A DNA stretch of 64,000 nt, taken from the NCBI RefSeq assembly GCF_018977255.1, contig NW_024704742.1, positions 115,880,001 through 115,944,000 of the forward strand, written 5' to 3'. Positions 13,421 to 25,812 of the stretch are shown in pieces. The translations under genes and the position numbers were made by a program. Under the pieces are notes generated by a model. The model was not told the DNA's origin. It did no database searches and saw only the letters and a list, made by a program, of their open reading frames with translations. The DNA comes from Callorhinchus milii (taxonomy: Eukaryota). The first letter of the stretch is position 1; each line of letters begins with the position of its first letter.

Positions 13421-15910
13421 CATAGATTCATGGATTCATAGAATGTTACGACACAGAAGGAGGCCATTCGGCCCATTGAGTCTGTGCCGGCTCTTTGACA
13501 GAGCAAGTCACTTTCACTAACCCCAATCACCAGCTTTCTCCCCATATCCCTGCAAACCGGTCTTCCCCAGATACCTATCCAGTTCTCTCTTAAAAGCTGT
13601 TATCGAATCGAACTTCACTACCCTTTCAGGCAGATCATTCTAAATTCGAACATCTCGCTGAGTGAAAAAATTTCTTCTAACCTTCCCTCTGCTTCTTTTG
13701 GTAGATATCTTAAGAGTGTGACCACGGGTCAGACACACCTACCAGCAGAAACAGCTTTTCCTTATCTAGCCTGTCGAAACCTTTCATGATCTTGAAGAGC
13801 TCTATCAGGTCCCTGTGTAACCTTCTCTGCTCTAATGGGAAAAGTCCTAACTTCTCCAGCCTGTCCTCATAGCTAAGGTTCCCCATTCCTGGTATCATTC
13901 TCGTGAATCTCCTTTGCACCCTTTCCAGTCCCTTAATGTCCTTCCTGAAGTAAGGTGCCCAGAACTGGACGCAGTACTCCAGCTGAGGCCTCACCAGTGT
14001 TTTGTGTAGATTAACCATAACCTCCCTACTCTTATACTCTATGTCCCTACTAATAAAGCTCAGTACACCAAATGCCTTTTTTACTGCCTTATCTACCTGC
14101 CCGCTACCTTTAATGATTCGCTTACTTGAACACCCAGATCTCGCTGTACGTTCACCCCCCTTAAGATTGAGCTACCAAGTCTATATCACCTCCTATCATT
14201 TTTCCTACCTAAGTGTATCACCTCACACTTATCCACATTGAAATCCATCTGCCACATGTCAGCCCATTCCACCATTCTGTGTATGTCTGCTTGCAGTTGG
14301 TTACAGTCCTCCTCACTATTTACTACCCTAACTAACTTTGTATCATCTGCAAACTTGGAAATAGTGCTCTCTTTGCCCCAGTCCAGATCATTAATATATA
14401 TTAGAAAGATCAGTGGTCCCAATACCGATCCCTGGGGGACATCGCTGCACACCTCCTTCCATTTGGAGAAACACCCATTAACCACCACCCTCTTCTTTCT
14501 GTCACTCAGCCAGTTCTTAATCCAAACTGCCACTGTCCCCTTAATATCTTGGGCCTGTAATTTTTTTATTAATCTCTTCTGCGGTACTGTGTCAAAAGCC
14601 TTTTTGAAATCCATGTAAATAACATCCACCGCATTTCCCTCATTAACCCTCGCAGTCACCTCTTCAAAAAGAGGTATTTGAACCCGTATCTCCCACAGCA
14701 ACCTTGGGTGAAACCCATCTGGTCCTGGTGACTTAGCAATTTTGAGCCCAGTCAATCTTTTCAGAACTTCCTCTCTGTCTATAGTAATCTGATCTATTTC
14801 CTCTACCCTCTCATCCAATACTGCAGCATTTGTGGCATCCATTTCCGTTGTGAAGACAGATGCAAAGTACTCGTTCAGTACATCAGCCATGCCCTCTGCC
14901 TCCACAACAAGATTGCCGTCATTGTCTTTGATTGGCCCCATCCTACCTTTAACTAACCTTTTTTCCTTTATGTGCTTGTAAAATATTTTAGGATTTTAGG
15001 ATATGTTACCCGCTAACCTCTTCTTATGCAATCTTTTAGCCTGTCTTATCACTCTTTTAAGATCATTCCTGCATTCTCTGTAATGCGCTTTGCTATCCTC
15101 AATATCTTGTGTCTTCCAATTGTCGTACGCCATCTTCTTCTCTTTCATCCTAGACAGAATATCCCCGGTCATCCAGGCTGGCTTGGTTGTTGCACATTTC
15201 TCTTTTGTGGGAATATATCCATTTAGACCTTGAGCTATCATATCTTTGAAGATCTCCCATTGCTCATGAGTCGTTTTACCTGCTAGTCTTACTTGCCAGT
15301 CCACCAACTCTAGGTCCCTTTTTAGCCCATCAAAATTAGCCCTTTTCCAGTCAAGCATTTTCACCCTTGACTGTACTTTGTCCCCGTTCATGAGTAATCT
15401 AAATCTAATAATATTATGGTCACTGTTACCTAGATGCTCCCCTACCGAAACCTGTTCAACCTGACCTATTTCATCTCCCAGGACTAGATCCAGCAATGCT
15501 TCCTTCCTTGTAGGACTGGAGACATACAGCTCAAGAAAATTTTCCTGTACACAGTTTATGAATCTTTCTCCTGCCTTACCCTTAGCGCTGCTATTTTGCC
15601 AGTCTATATTGGGATAATTGAAATCCCCCATTATCACAACTCTGTTCGCCTTACATCTATCCGTTATCTGGTTGCAGATCTGCTCCTCTATCTCCTTCCC
15701 GCTGTCTGGTGGTCTATAGTAAACCCCTATCAGTGTAACCACTCCTTTCTTATTTCTTATCTCTAACCAGATGGATTCTGTTGTCGGGCCCTCCAGAACC
15801 TCGTTCCTTTCTACAACTATAATTGTATCCTTAACTAATATTGCCACCCCTCCTCCTGTTCTTCCTTCTCTATCCTTCCTGAACACATTATATCCTGGAA
15901 TATTTAACTC
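13421..15910 (-). mobile_element. CR1 LINE copy B, 5'-truncated (endonuclease + RT + 3'UTR), with an internal RT deletion near 14670
   Basis: ORFs 14996-15886 (APE: GGGVAILVKD, GVYYRPP, IMGDFNYP, LGNSDHN), 14186-14941 (DFKKAFD, VPQGSVLGP, KFADD) and 13710-14018. Tail (attctatg/aatctatg) at 13421. Confidence 0.92.
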
Positions 15911-16464
15911 TTGTTACGAATGCTTTGTGCATTCAGATATAGCGCCTTTAATTTTGACCTCTTACAATTTCCCCTAGTTGTTAATGCCCTATTTCCTTTG
16001 TTGAGCTTTTTGTCCCTACTTGACACACTCTTCTTTATCTCCCAAGTTGCTACTCTGTTCTACAGCCATGACTGTGACTGTTCCTTGCAATGTTGGTTTA
16101 CGTTTACCTGTAGCTGTAACTCTTCCTCCTCCTTGGTAAAGACTGGTGCAAAAAAAATATTTAGCACTATTGCAGCCTGTGTAGCATTATTTGTCATGTT
16201 CTTCCCCGAACTCACCTTCAGTGGCCCTATTCCATTGGTTGATTTACTTCTATTCTTAATGTAACAACATTTTTTTTGTTATTATCCTTCACTTCTCTTG
16301 CCATGTTCAATTCAAAGAATTATGTGAATAAACTTGAGAGATCATTATCCCTCAGTAGAGCACACAACATCTTAAGTACTCAAAGTCCCACAAGTCAATT
16401 GAGCAAAACTGACGTTAAACCCACAGCTCCCATATCTATCTAAACTCACATGTTCAGGCGCATC

Positions 16465-16762
16465 CATTATCATTATAATAATCCTTGCATTTGATATAGC
16501 ACTTTTCATACCTTCCAGACAGAATATACTGTAAAGTGACTTGACTGTAAATTTGTGGGTGATACGTGGCAGCCAATTGCACACAGCAGTGTCCCACAAG
16601 CAGTCGTGGATTGAAGTGACAAATTTATTATTGTTTTTTTGAGAGTTTATTATCAGGCATGTGGAGTAAGGAAATTTGCCCAAGGTTTTGGCCTACTGGG
16701 AATCAAACCCAGGTCTCTCGCTTTCGAGCCCAGTGCTCTAATCAGTGAGCTATAGGACTCTA
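16465..16762 (-). mobile_element. SINE, same family, more diverged
   Basis: Head, body and (ATT)n tail recognisable. Confidence 0.85.
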
Positions 16763-17321
16763 CATGATGTCATTATGTTCACAATGTATAAGCAACAGCT
16801 TGTCCAAAGTGATTGTATTCATGTTATCTCATGCTATCATCGACTGCCATTATGGTAGAAGCTGAACTGGACGTACCTTGGTCTCCTTTCGCCTCGCCAA
16901 TTATTATATTCTTATGTTCTAACTATAGAGAGGTATTGGTACAACCCTATGATAGACTGATCAACCAAGTCAACTTAGAGATGGCAAATAGTAAAGTAGG
17001 CCAACAATAAAAAAAGGCTTACTTTAACCTAAGGAAAACTACCAATACGGTTTGCATGAATTCAGTAGTTTCAATTGCACCTTCAGGTCCTCTGATCAGA
17101 AATGCATTAGCCTTTTATGATTTCATTTTGCACCTTAGAGAGCATCTCATGATGTTGTATGGTTTATTAACTTTAATGTTACTCTATTTTGAATAAAAGG
17201 AGCATTTATTATATTCAAGCAGTCAGACTTTCTCACCATTTGCTTCTTTAATCTAGCTGACTGGAAGCAAAACAAACTATTCAAGAACATTTATTTTGTA
17301 ATAACTTTAATCTCACAGTGG

Positions 17322-18472
17322 ATCAGACTTGTAAGAAAGATAGAAGCCCATGGTATAAAAGGGACAGTGGCAGCATGGATCCAGAACTGGCTGGGAGACA
17401 GAAAGCAGAGAATTGTGGTGAACGGCTGCTTTTCTGACTGGAGGGAAGTGTACAGTGGCATCCCCCAAGGATCGGTATTAGGACCACTGCTCTTCTTAAT
17501 ATACATAAATGATCTGGACTTGGGTATAGCAAGTACCATTTCCAAGTTTGCGGACGACACAATGTTAGGTAGGGTGGTAAACAGTGAGAAGGATAGTAGC
17601 CAACTACAGGAAGACATAGACAGAATGGTAAAATGGGCAGACACATGGCAGATGAATTTCAATGTAGAGAAATGCGAGGTAATGCATTTTGATAGAAAGA
17701 ATGAGGGGAGGCAATATAGGGTAGATAATACAATCTTAAGGGGGGTGAAAGAACAGAGAGACCTGGGGGTTCAGGTAAATTAATCCTTGAAGGTGGCAGA
17801 ACAGGTAGATAAAGCTGTAAAAAGGGCATATGGGATTCTAGGCTTTATGATTAGGGGCATAGAGTACAAGAGTCAGGAGGTTATGATTAACCTATATAAA
17901 ACACTGGTTAGGCCTCAGTTAGAATACTGCACCCAGTTCTGGGCACCACACTATAGGAAGGATGTTAAGGCATTGGAAAGGGTGCAGAGGAGATTTACGA
18001 GGATGGTACCAGGAATGAGGGACCTTGATTATGAGGAAAGGCTAGAGAGGCTGGGATTATTCTCATTGGAGCAGAGAAGGTTAAGAGGAGACCTAATAGA
18101 GGTTTTCAAAATCATGAGGGGATTTGATAGGTTAGAAAGGGAAAAACTGTTTCCACTGGTGAGTGTGTCGGTGACTCAAGATCACAGATTCAAAATAGTC
18201 TCTAAAAGAAGCAGAGGGGAGGTGAGAAGAAATTTTTTCATGCAGCGAGTTGTTCGAATCTGGAACGCATTACCTGAGAGGGTGGTCGAGGCTGATTCGA
18301 TAACTACTTTTAAAAATGCAGTGGACGGGTATTTGAGGAGGACGGGTTTGCAGGGTTATGGGGAAAGGGCTGGGAAGTGGGACTGACATTACATTGCTCT
18401 TTTCAAAGAGCCAGCACAGACTCGATGGGCCGAATGGCCTCTTTTTGTGCTGTACGACTCTATGATTCTATG
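17322..18472 (+). mobile_element. CR1 LINE 3' portion (RT C-terminus + 3'UTR)
   Basis: ORFs 17367-17783 (GIPQGSVLGP, INDLD, KFADD) and 17787-18386 (RPQLEYC..FWAP, LEQRRLRGDLIE). Ends in gactctatgattctatg. Confidence 0.93.
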
Positions 18473-19196
18473 AAAAGCCAAATAAACTGCTGAGTAAATT
18501 TGGCTTCATCTGCATGAACATTTTGTTCTCTATTGTGCCGTCTCTCTATAATCCTACAGATTTAGTGAAAGGTTAAAACTAGACGAATTAGTAATATGTT
18601 TTCCTGATACAGATCTAAAGAACCCGGATCTATAGAATTCATTTTTCACAGGTGAGAAGCAGGTCTATTTTGGTCTTGTGTTTATTAACATTTTTTTCTG
18701 CTTTATGCTGACTCACTGGAAATCAGGGTATGGGCTGTTAGTGCTCCAAGGTCATTTCACTGGATGTAAATACTGTGTCGCAACTTGAGCAGGTAGAATA
18801 GTGTTAACGTTCAAGTGCAATTCTAGGGAGTACTGCATTGTTGAAAGTATTTTCTTTTGGATGAGATGTTAAATCGAGGCACCATTTACTAATCTTTATG
18901 ATCTCTTGACAAGATTTAAAAAGTTCATTTGACTTCCTGACCAATACTCCTCCGGATAAATTGGTCATTCAGCTATGGCTACTTGTGGGATTGTGCTTGT
19001 GTTTGTCTGCAAAAAAAAAGTTACTACACTTGACAGTATTACTGTGAAGTGCTTTGAGATGTTTCGATGTGATAAGGTCACGGAGTTGTGACGTCCTGTA
19101 GCATAGTGGTTAGTGCGCTCCCCTCACAAGCAAGAGGTCCAGGATTTGATTTCCGGATGAGGCAATATCTTAGACAAGTTGCCTTACTCCACACTC

Positions 19197-20075
19197 AACA
19201 GCAACAACAATGAAATTACATTTATAGAGCGCCTTTCATGTTGGGAGGACGTCCCAAGGCGGTGGACAGTCAGGGTCAGGACCTGAGCATGGGGAAGGGG
19301 TGATGTTGGGGTGAGGGAAGCCAGAGAGATGGGAGGTCGACTGAAGGCACGATCGAAGAGTAGGGTCTTGAGATCAGCCTTGAAGGAGGCAAGGGAGGAA
19401 GCGAGGTGAAGGAACTGTGAAATGGAGTTCCAAAATGGGGAGCAGAGAGGTTGAAAGCCCGGCCACCGATGGTAGGGTGGGTCGGGCGGGAGACATGGAG
19501 CAGGCTGGAGCCCGCTGAACAGAGGGAGCGGACAGGTTGGTAGAAAGTCAACAAGTCAGAAGGGTAGGAGGGGGCAAGGCCATGGATAGCCTTGGAAGTG
19601 AGGACAAGGATCTTGAATTAGATCCTCTGGGGGATGGGGAGCCAGTGGAGTTGGGCGAGGGCGGGAGTGATGGATGGGGTCACGGAGCCTGGTGAGCAAG
19701 AGTACACGAGCTGTAGAGTTTTGGATGATCTGCAGCTTGTGAAGGTAGGAGTTGGAAAGGCCGATGAGGAGGGAGTTTCCATAATCGAGCCTTGATGTGA
19801 TGAATGCGTGGTTGAGGGTTTCGGCAGCCTGAGGGCTGAGGCAGTGGCGGAGTCTGGGAATGTTGCGGAGACAGTGCTGGTCATGGCGCAAATGTGGGGG
19901 AGAAAGGACAGTTCTGGATCAACCAAGACACCCAGGTTCCTGACTGGCTTAGTGAGGTTGAGCGTGCAGCAGTGGAGGCTGATGCTGCCAGCGCCCGAAG
20001 TGCGGAGGCGCAGGCGTGAGCCAATCAGGAGGGCCTCAGTCTTGCAGACATTCAGTTGGAGAAAGTTGTCACATC
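19197..20075 (-). mobile_element. L2 LINE 3' fragment
   Basis: NFLQLNVCKTE, VRNLGVLVD, ITSRLDYGNSLL, LHWLPIPQRI, IGGRAFN; (GTT)n tail. Confidence 0.9.
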
Positions 20076-20739
20076 TCCTGTAAAGTTTATTTACATTATC
20101 CATACAGTGACCACAGTCAGCAGGCTGGCCTGTGTGCTAGCTGGATATCCTGGAGAGTATCTGTCCCCAAAAAGCTTGCACTGCCTTATCTCTTCTACCA
20201 AATATGAAAAAGACAAAACTCATAACTCGGGACTATCATTTAAATTATTCTTTAAGGTGATTCAAATGTCACACTTATGCCAGTTCCACCATCCACAAAG
20301 TTCAGCTGCTCTCCACCATCTGTAACCTCACCTGCATCAAACACCGCATATCCATCACCCTAATCCTCGCCAGGCTCCATTGACTCCCTGTCTCCAAATG
20401 AATCAACTTCAAGGTCCTCACCTTCAGATATGTATCCCTTCATCCCATAGCACCTTTCCTATCTCTCCATATTCTACCCTTCTCTGCCTTCAATCTCTGC
20501 ATTCAGGTATCCCAGACCTGCTGCACGAACCCCACTTCCTCCATGCCAGGCTCCCACCAAAAACAACTAATCTAGCTTAATTGATACATTGAAAAGATAA
20601 CTGGATAAGTATCTGTTTGGGGACAGTATTGGAGAGTATAGAGAAATATAGAGATGAACAAGTACTCCATGGGACCCAACAAAGGTGGAAGTCTGAAGCA
20701 AAATGCTGTGTGCAGATTGCCTGCTACATTTGCTTACAA

Positions 20740-21075
20740 ATACAACAACAAGATTACATTTGTATAGCGCCTTTCACGTCGGGAGGATCTCCCAAGGCAC
20801 TGGACAGTGTACAGCATTTCAGAGCTGGGGTCGGGGGGAGAAGGGAGGGGAGGGGAAGGGGGGTGGCCGATGACATGATGGAAGAGGAGGGATTTGAGGC
20901 GGGACTTGAAGGAGGCTGAGGAGGAGGTAAGGCGGAGTGATTGGAGGATGGAATTGCAAAGGTTTGGGGGCAGAGTGGTTGAAGGCTCTCCCGGCAATGG
21001 TGGGGCAGGTGGGTCGGGGGCATGGAGCAGGCCAGAGCCGGCTGAGTGGAGGGAGCAGGTGGGTTGGTAGAGGTA
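20740..21075 (-). mobile_element. L2 LINE 3' fragment
   Basis: IAGRAFNHSAP, SFKSRLKSLLF; tail gggagatcctcccgacgtgaaaggcgctatacaaatg. Confidence 0.85.
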
Positions 21076-21441
21076 CAGTCACTAAACTTTACAACATAAG
21101 TACTGTGAAGCATTTTGAGGTGTTCCAACATGATCAACCTTGAATTATTGTTATTATAATAGTGTGTATGCTGTTGTGGCTGGAGAAAGGATTGTGTCTG
21201 TGGAGAAAGTGGGGATTGAGGTTGAAAAGTGAATATCTGGAATTGGAAGAATATTTCTTCATTTTTGCTGATTTTCCTTTGAGGTTTGAGAACTTCTTTA
21301 AAGGAGCCAGGACAGACAGAGTGGGCTGAATGATTTTGTTCTCTTCTTCTGTGCTGTGAATTTCTATGGTTCTATCGTCTATTTGGAACTTTGGCCCAGC
21401 AGACAGTAGTTGAGGTGAAGCCTATAATAGGGTTGGTTAAG

Positions 21442-21682
21442 CACTCAAAGGGTGGTGAATGTATGGAACTCACAACCCCAAAGGGCTGTTGACTCTCAGT
21501 CCTTGAACATATTCAAGACTGAGATAGATAGATTTCTTATTGCAAAAGGGATTAAGGGATATGGGGATAAGGCAGGGTCAGGTTATTAGCTGGAGTTAGA
21601 TTAGAAGATCAGCCATGATTGAATGGCGGGGCAGGCTCGTAGGGCCGAATGGCCTACTCCTGCTCCTACATGTTATGTTATG
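21442..21682 (+). mobile_element. CR1 3' end, same young subfamily as 4726-5355
   Basis: Near-identical to the reverse complement of 4726-4965, including the catgttatgttatg tail. Confidence 0.88.
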
Positions 21683-22800
21683 GTCTGTGCAGAAAGTGGG
21701 CTTGATGGCTGAGTGGCCTTTTCATGTTGCTCGTTTTCTTAGGTACTGCGTGTTTTTAACTGGTTAAACTCCAGCAATATCTCAATGTACACTCTGTAGT
21801 CCCCAAACCTTGGCTCTTGCCAACCTGTGCCTAATTATTATCGAGATTAAGAAAGCATCCTTCTAGGGAGAGAGCACACATCCCATTACAGACACTTAGA
21901 ATTTTCCATGTGTAGGTGGCATTCATATGTGGACCTCTATCTGGTTTAGCATGAAGATGGGTTTCCATATGTGTCAGACCGATCAAAAAACTACACCATG
22001 TGGTTAATACTGCATGTTTATACAATATAAATCAAAAAAATCAGCCACATGGCCTGCTGTTGTTCCTAGATGATTTGCTTTGAAGCCCATCAATTTCCAT
22101 TTCCTTCTGGTGCTTATAAAACCACTGACAGCACAATTGACAATAATTACTGAGAAGTGCTTTGAGACATTTTGACCAATAAGGTGCTATAAAAATGCAA
22201 ATTGTTTTATCTTTCTAGTACATTGTACTTTTTATTTTTTTAAAATCTCAAATCTCATGCTTCCTGAAATATAGTTTTCATTTTGATGGGATTTTACATT
22301 TCATTTATCTACAATTGCATCCAGTGCACTATACACCATGCTCACTAACCAAGTTCAAGTGGACCAATTTTCAGTTGTGAATCATTTAAATTGTATTATT
22401 ATAGGTTATATTCTTTTAGATAATTGATTTTGCCATTGATGTGCAGATCATGTGAGATTTTGGAATATAGCATTCTAAAGTTTAGACAGTAACTGTATAC
22501 ATAGTTGCCCTCACAGGGCAATTCAGCTTGCTTTTTGTCAGTCAAAATAGCTGCTGCTAAATCATCTGAACCTGAGATAAGTGATTCTGCTGTAAAAACA
22601 GCTGCTTAAGTACACAGGATGTGCAGTCATGTATATGTCAGCTAGCAGCAAGACATCAGTGTAGGTATAATAGGAGGGAGAATGGGCTGCTGTAAAGCTA
22701 TTAGATTTAATGCCTGGTTGAACATGTTAATTCTTCAAAATGGAAAATGCAAGAATGCACAATCCAGTTCTGCAACCTCTAAGAATTCTGATGTGCTGAT

Positions 22801-22878
22801 CTAAATTATTAACTTGCATCTTAAAAGATCTGTAACTAAAGTTTTTCAATAACTAGGTTGAACTTTCAACTCTATATA
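22801..22878 (+). promoter_or_regulatory. Putative TMEM174 proximal promoter: HNF1 site, HNF4-like DR1, TATA-like box
   Basis: ctaaattattaac at 22801-22813 (reverse complement GTTAATAATTTAG, close to HNF1 GTTAATNATTAAC). tgaactttcaact at 22859-22871 (reverse complement AGTTGA-A-AGTTCA, a DR1). tatata at 22873-22878, about 75 nt upstream of the ATG. Confidence 0.55.
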
Positions 22879-22948
22879 CTCCTGGAACTGACTTAGCAAT
22901 CCTCTTTCTTCTAAGGGGAGGTCATACAGCATTGCCAGTGCTGTGCAA

Positions 22949-23586
22949 ATGGAGCACTACAGCAGTAATGTGGAAGATTTCTCTGTTAACGTGTTTTCTG
23001 TGACTCCCTGTCAACCCAGGAGCCCTGGAGTCCAGGTATCCGATGGTGACAAGGCTGGGGCCACCCTGCTGTTCTCTGGTGTCTTTTTGGTCCTGGTGGG
23101 CATAACATTCACAATCATGGGCTGGATTAAATATTACGGTACCACTCAGTTAGAATGGACCCAGTTGCTGGGACCCATCTTGCTTTCCGTGGGAGTCACT
23201 TTTGTTCTGATTGCTGTCTGCAAGTTCAGAATGTTAACCTGCAAGACCTGCAAGAGCATGAATGAGAGCGCAGAAGAGGCAGAGCAGCCCCCCTGTGGAC
23301 AGTCCTTTGTTTTCACTGGGATTAACCAGCCTATAACCTTCCACGGAGCTACTGTTGTTCAATATATTCCTCCTCCATATGCATCTCCAGCTCAGGATGG
23401 CGTCACCATGAACTCTGCCCGTTTGCCATCAGCCAACAATTCTCAGAGTGCTAACCCACCTAGCATTGTTACAGGGACAGTCCCATGTCCCCCTCAGTAC
23501 TACACCATCTTTCCTCTGGATAGCACAGCCTTTACAGGAGATGAGAATTGCCCACCTTACCAAGGGCCAGATGCCGATGTGATCAG
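22949..23586 (+). CDS. TMEM174: Transmembrane protein 174, coding exon 1
   Basis: ATG at 22949 opens MEHYSSNVEDFSVNVFSVTP...VSDGDKAGATLLFSGVFLVLVGITFTIMGWIKY...EWTQLLGPILLSVGVTFVLIAVCKF...GQSFVFTGINQPITFHGATVVQYIPPPY, which I recognise as TMEM174 with two TM helices. Donor AG|GTATGT after 23586 (phase 2). Confidence 0.95.
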
Positions 23587-24013
23587 GTATGTTCTCCATT
23601 CCATTTACTTACCTCTAACAGAGGACACTCAAAAGTGCTGAAATGGTGCTGATAAAGAACCCATGATCTAAAGAAATTAAAATGGTTTGGCATTCATTTT
23701 AAGTTGTACAAAATACTGGAGTTACTTTGGTTTTACATGCCACTTGTGGACCTATGAATTCTTTTGCAGTTTGCTTATTCCTTAATAAAAGTTTCACACT
23801 CTGCTGCCTACAACAGACTCTGACTGTTGGAAGGCATGGGCCAGTGAAAGTGGGGGAAAAATAGTCAGTATAACCCTCATAGATACATCTTATATACCCC
23901 ACCATCTAGACAAACACAGGCAGGATGTTATTATATAAAAACGGGCACTTGTGATAAACACACAGTATAATTATTTACCTTCAAACTTCAAATATTCCCA
24001 CTGCAACATAGCT

Positions 24014-24219
24014 GGCCTTAAATTCCACAGTGTTCACCTGTTTGTCTTAAAAAAATTAAGATGGTGCACAATTGTGGAAAATTCTTAAATTTAGTTTCAA
24101 TATGGAAGCCAGTTTTCCACGGTTCTTATAAAGAACTGACCTCCAAATTAAGACTGAAGTAAAAAAAAATCCAAAATTCTGCACGATCTTAAATGTAAGA
24201 CAAAGGTAAAATTTGAGAC
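24014..24219. mobile_element. Palindromic MITE-like element in the TMEM174 intron
   Basis: Imperfect inverted arms tttgtctta..ttaagatggtgcacaattgtgga / tccaaaattctgcacgatcttaa..taagacaaa. Related sequence at about 35240-35427 and 40190-40360. Confidence 0.6.
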
Positions 24220-25483
24220 CAATTTGTTGTGAACAAGTCATGCCCAGACCCAACGGTTTCTCAAAAAAAAACCACTACTGAGAGAGGTAGCTTACATTTG
24301 CTTTGATTTTGTAAGTGGCTCTTTTAATTTCACTAGGTCACATCATGTGTCTAAGATGTACTTAAAATCATTTAAATAAGTTAAATACACAACATTGGAT
24401 TTTCTTGCTCGATATGAGCACACGAGTAAAAAATGCTTCAGCACCAACGAGTGGAATGACAGAAATAGAATGAAATGAAACAAACGCAGGGTCCCTCTCA
24501 CTCCCATTGTGGCCTCTGTTTGTGCTTTTATCGGTTTATATCAATGTCTTGCTTTCAATTATGTGGAAAAAATTTCCAAAGCAATTCAATATCCATAAAA
24601 AGCCACACACAAAAGCTTTAATGACTTCAGTCTGAATGCTATCACCACAACTAATAATATAAATTTGAAAGCAATGGACCGACCGAGGAGTTTAGGATAT
24701 GCCTCGTTTATGTCATTTTTCCATTTAAGGAAACTTGGAAGTTTGTAGTAAATCTCTCAATCCATTCCCATCCTCTTTTAATTTCTAATTTTTTCTACGC
24801 AAAGATAGTGCAAATGCAGGCTTTGAATAAATTACCCCAAAGGAGGTGACCCATCAGTGAAAAAACAATCACAATTATCAGTGGCAGAAGCCTTTCTCCT
24901 TAATCTCACCATCCACTTGTTTCAGCGAAAGGACTTCAAGCAGCCCACTAGCTCTGCAGTCCTGATCTTCTGTATGAGTTCTGCCTCGACGATTGTTTTC
25001 ATGCTAATTGGAAAAATGTGGACACCTTAATAATAAATCCAACAGCACGAGCGAAGGATGCACCCCACTTTCTTAATCTCGATAATAATTAGGTGCAGGT
25101 TGGCAACTGAAATGGCACAAATGTGCCTGTAGTTAGTGGCAAAGCTACAGGCTCACTCTGATAAGTTTTACTTTTATTATTCCTCATAGTTTGATCATTT
25201 ATATCAGAGTCAGAAATGTAACCTAGTTGCATAGAAAATACATGGTATGATCAAGCTCTATTATAAAGTAGTGGTCCATATGTGCATGTATGTGTGTGGG
25301 GGGGCTGGTGTCCATAAAATTTCAACGCAAGGAGTTGGCAACCAAATGGCTTGGAAATTATCTATTTTGTAGCGCAGGCACCAGCCAGGGCACGGAAAGC
25401 GAGCTGACCACTGGCCGGCTTTTTAGATTTTGGTGAATAAATGTCAGGGAGCTCACCCATTGAGGTGCATTGTAACAGCATTC

Positions 25484-25812
25484 GTGGAGTCCTGTAGCTC
25501 AGTGGTTAGAGCACTCGCTTTGCAAGCGAGAGACCTGAGTTCAATTCCAGGCAGGGCGAAACCTTGGGCAAGTTTCCTTACTCCACACGCCTAATAATAA
25601 TCCCTCCAAAAACCAAAAAAAAATGATAAATTGGTCATTTTCAATCTACGACTGTTTGTGGGACATTGCTGTGCGCAATTGGCTGCTGCGTTCGCCCACA
25701 AATATACAGTCAAGTCACTTTACAGTGTATTCTGTGAAGCGCTTTGGGACGTCCTCCCGACGTGTAAAGCGCTATATCAAATGCAAGGATTATTATTATT
25801 ATTATTATTATT
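25484..25812 (+). mobile_element. Young SINE in the TMEM174 intron
   Basis: Nearly identical to 5447-5783 and 55245-55564. Confidence 0.93.

Larger units (their letters stand above)
11650..16120 (-). mobile_element. CR1 LINE copy A (same family as 42635-47010), split into three pieces by a SINE (11855-12166) and by CR1 copy B (13421-15910)
   Basis: Pieces 11650-11854, 12167-13420 and 15911-~16120 are colinear with the 42.6-47 kb element (KSFYKYIKRKRLSKVN; SIRN|KIDELRAQI reads across the copy B insertion). Confidence 0.85.

Noticed and set aside
14996..15886. Host endonuclease gene (296 aa)
   Set aside because: It is the APE domain of a truncated CR1 ORF2, contiguous with the RT and the CR1 tail.
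22943..23641. Single-exon 232-aa TMEM174 ORF starting at GTG
   Set aside because: The ATG at 22949 fits the family N-terminus better, and the ORF runs past a good donor at 23586/23587 into the intron. The conserved PPSYEE end lies in exon 2.
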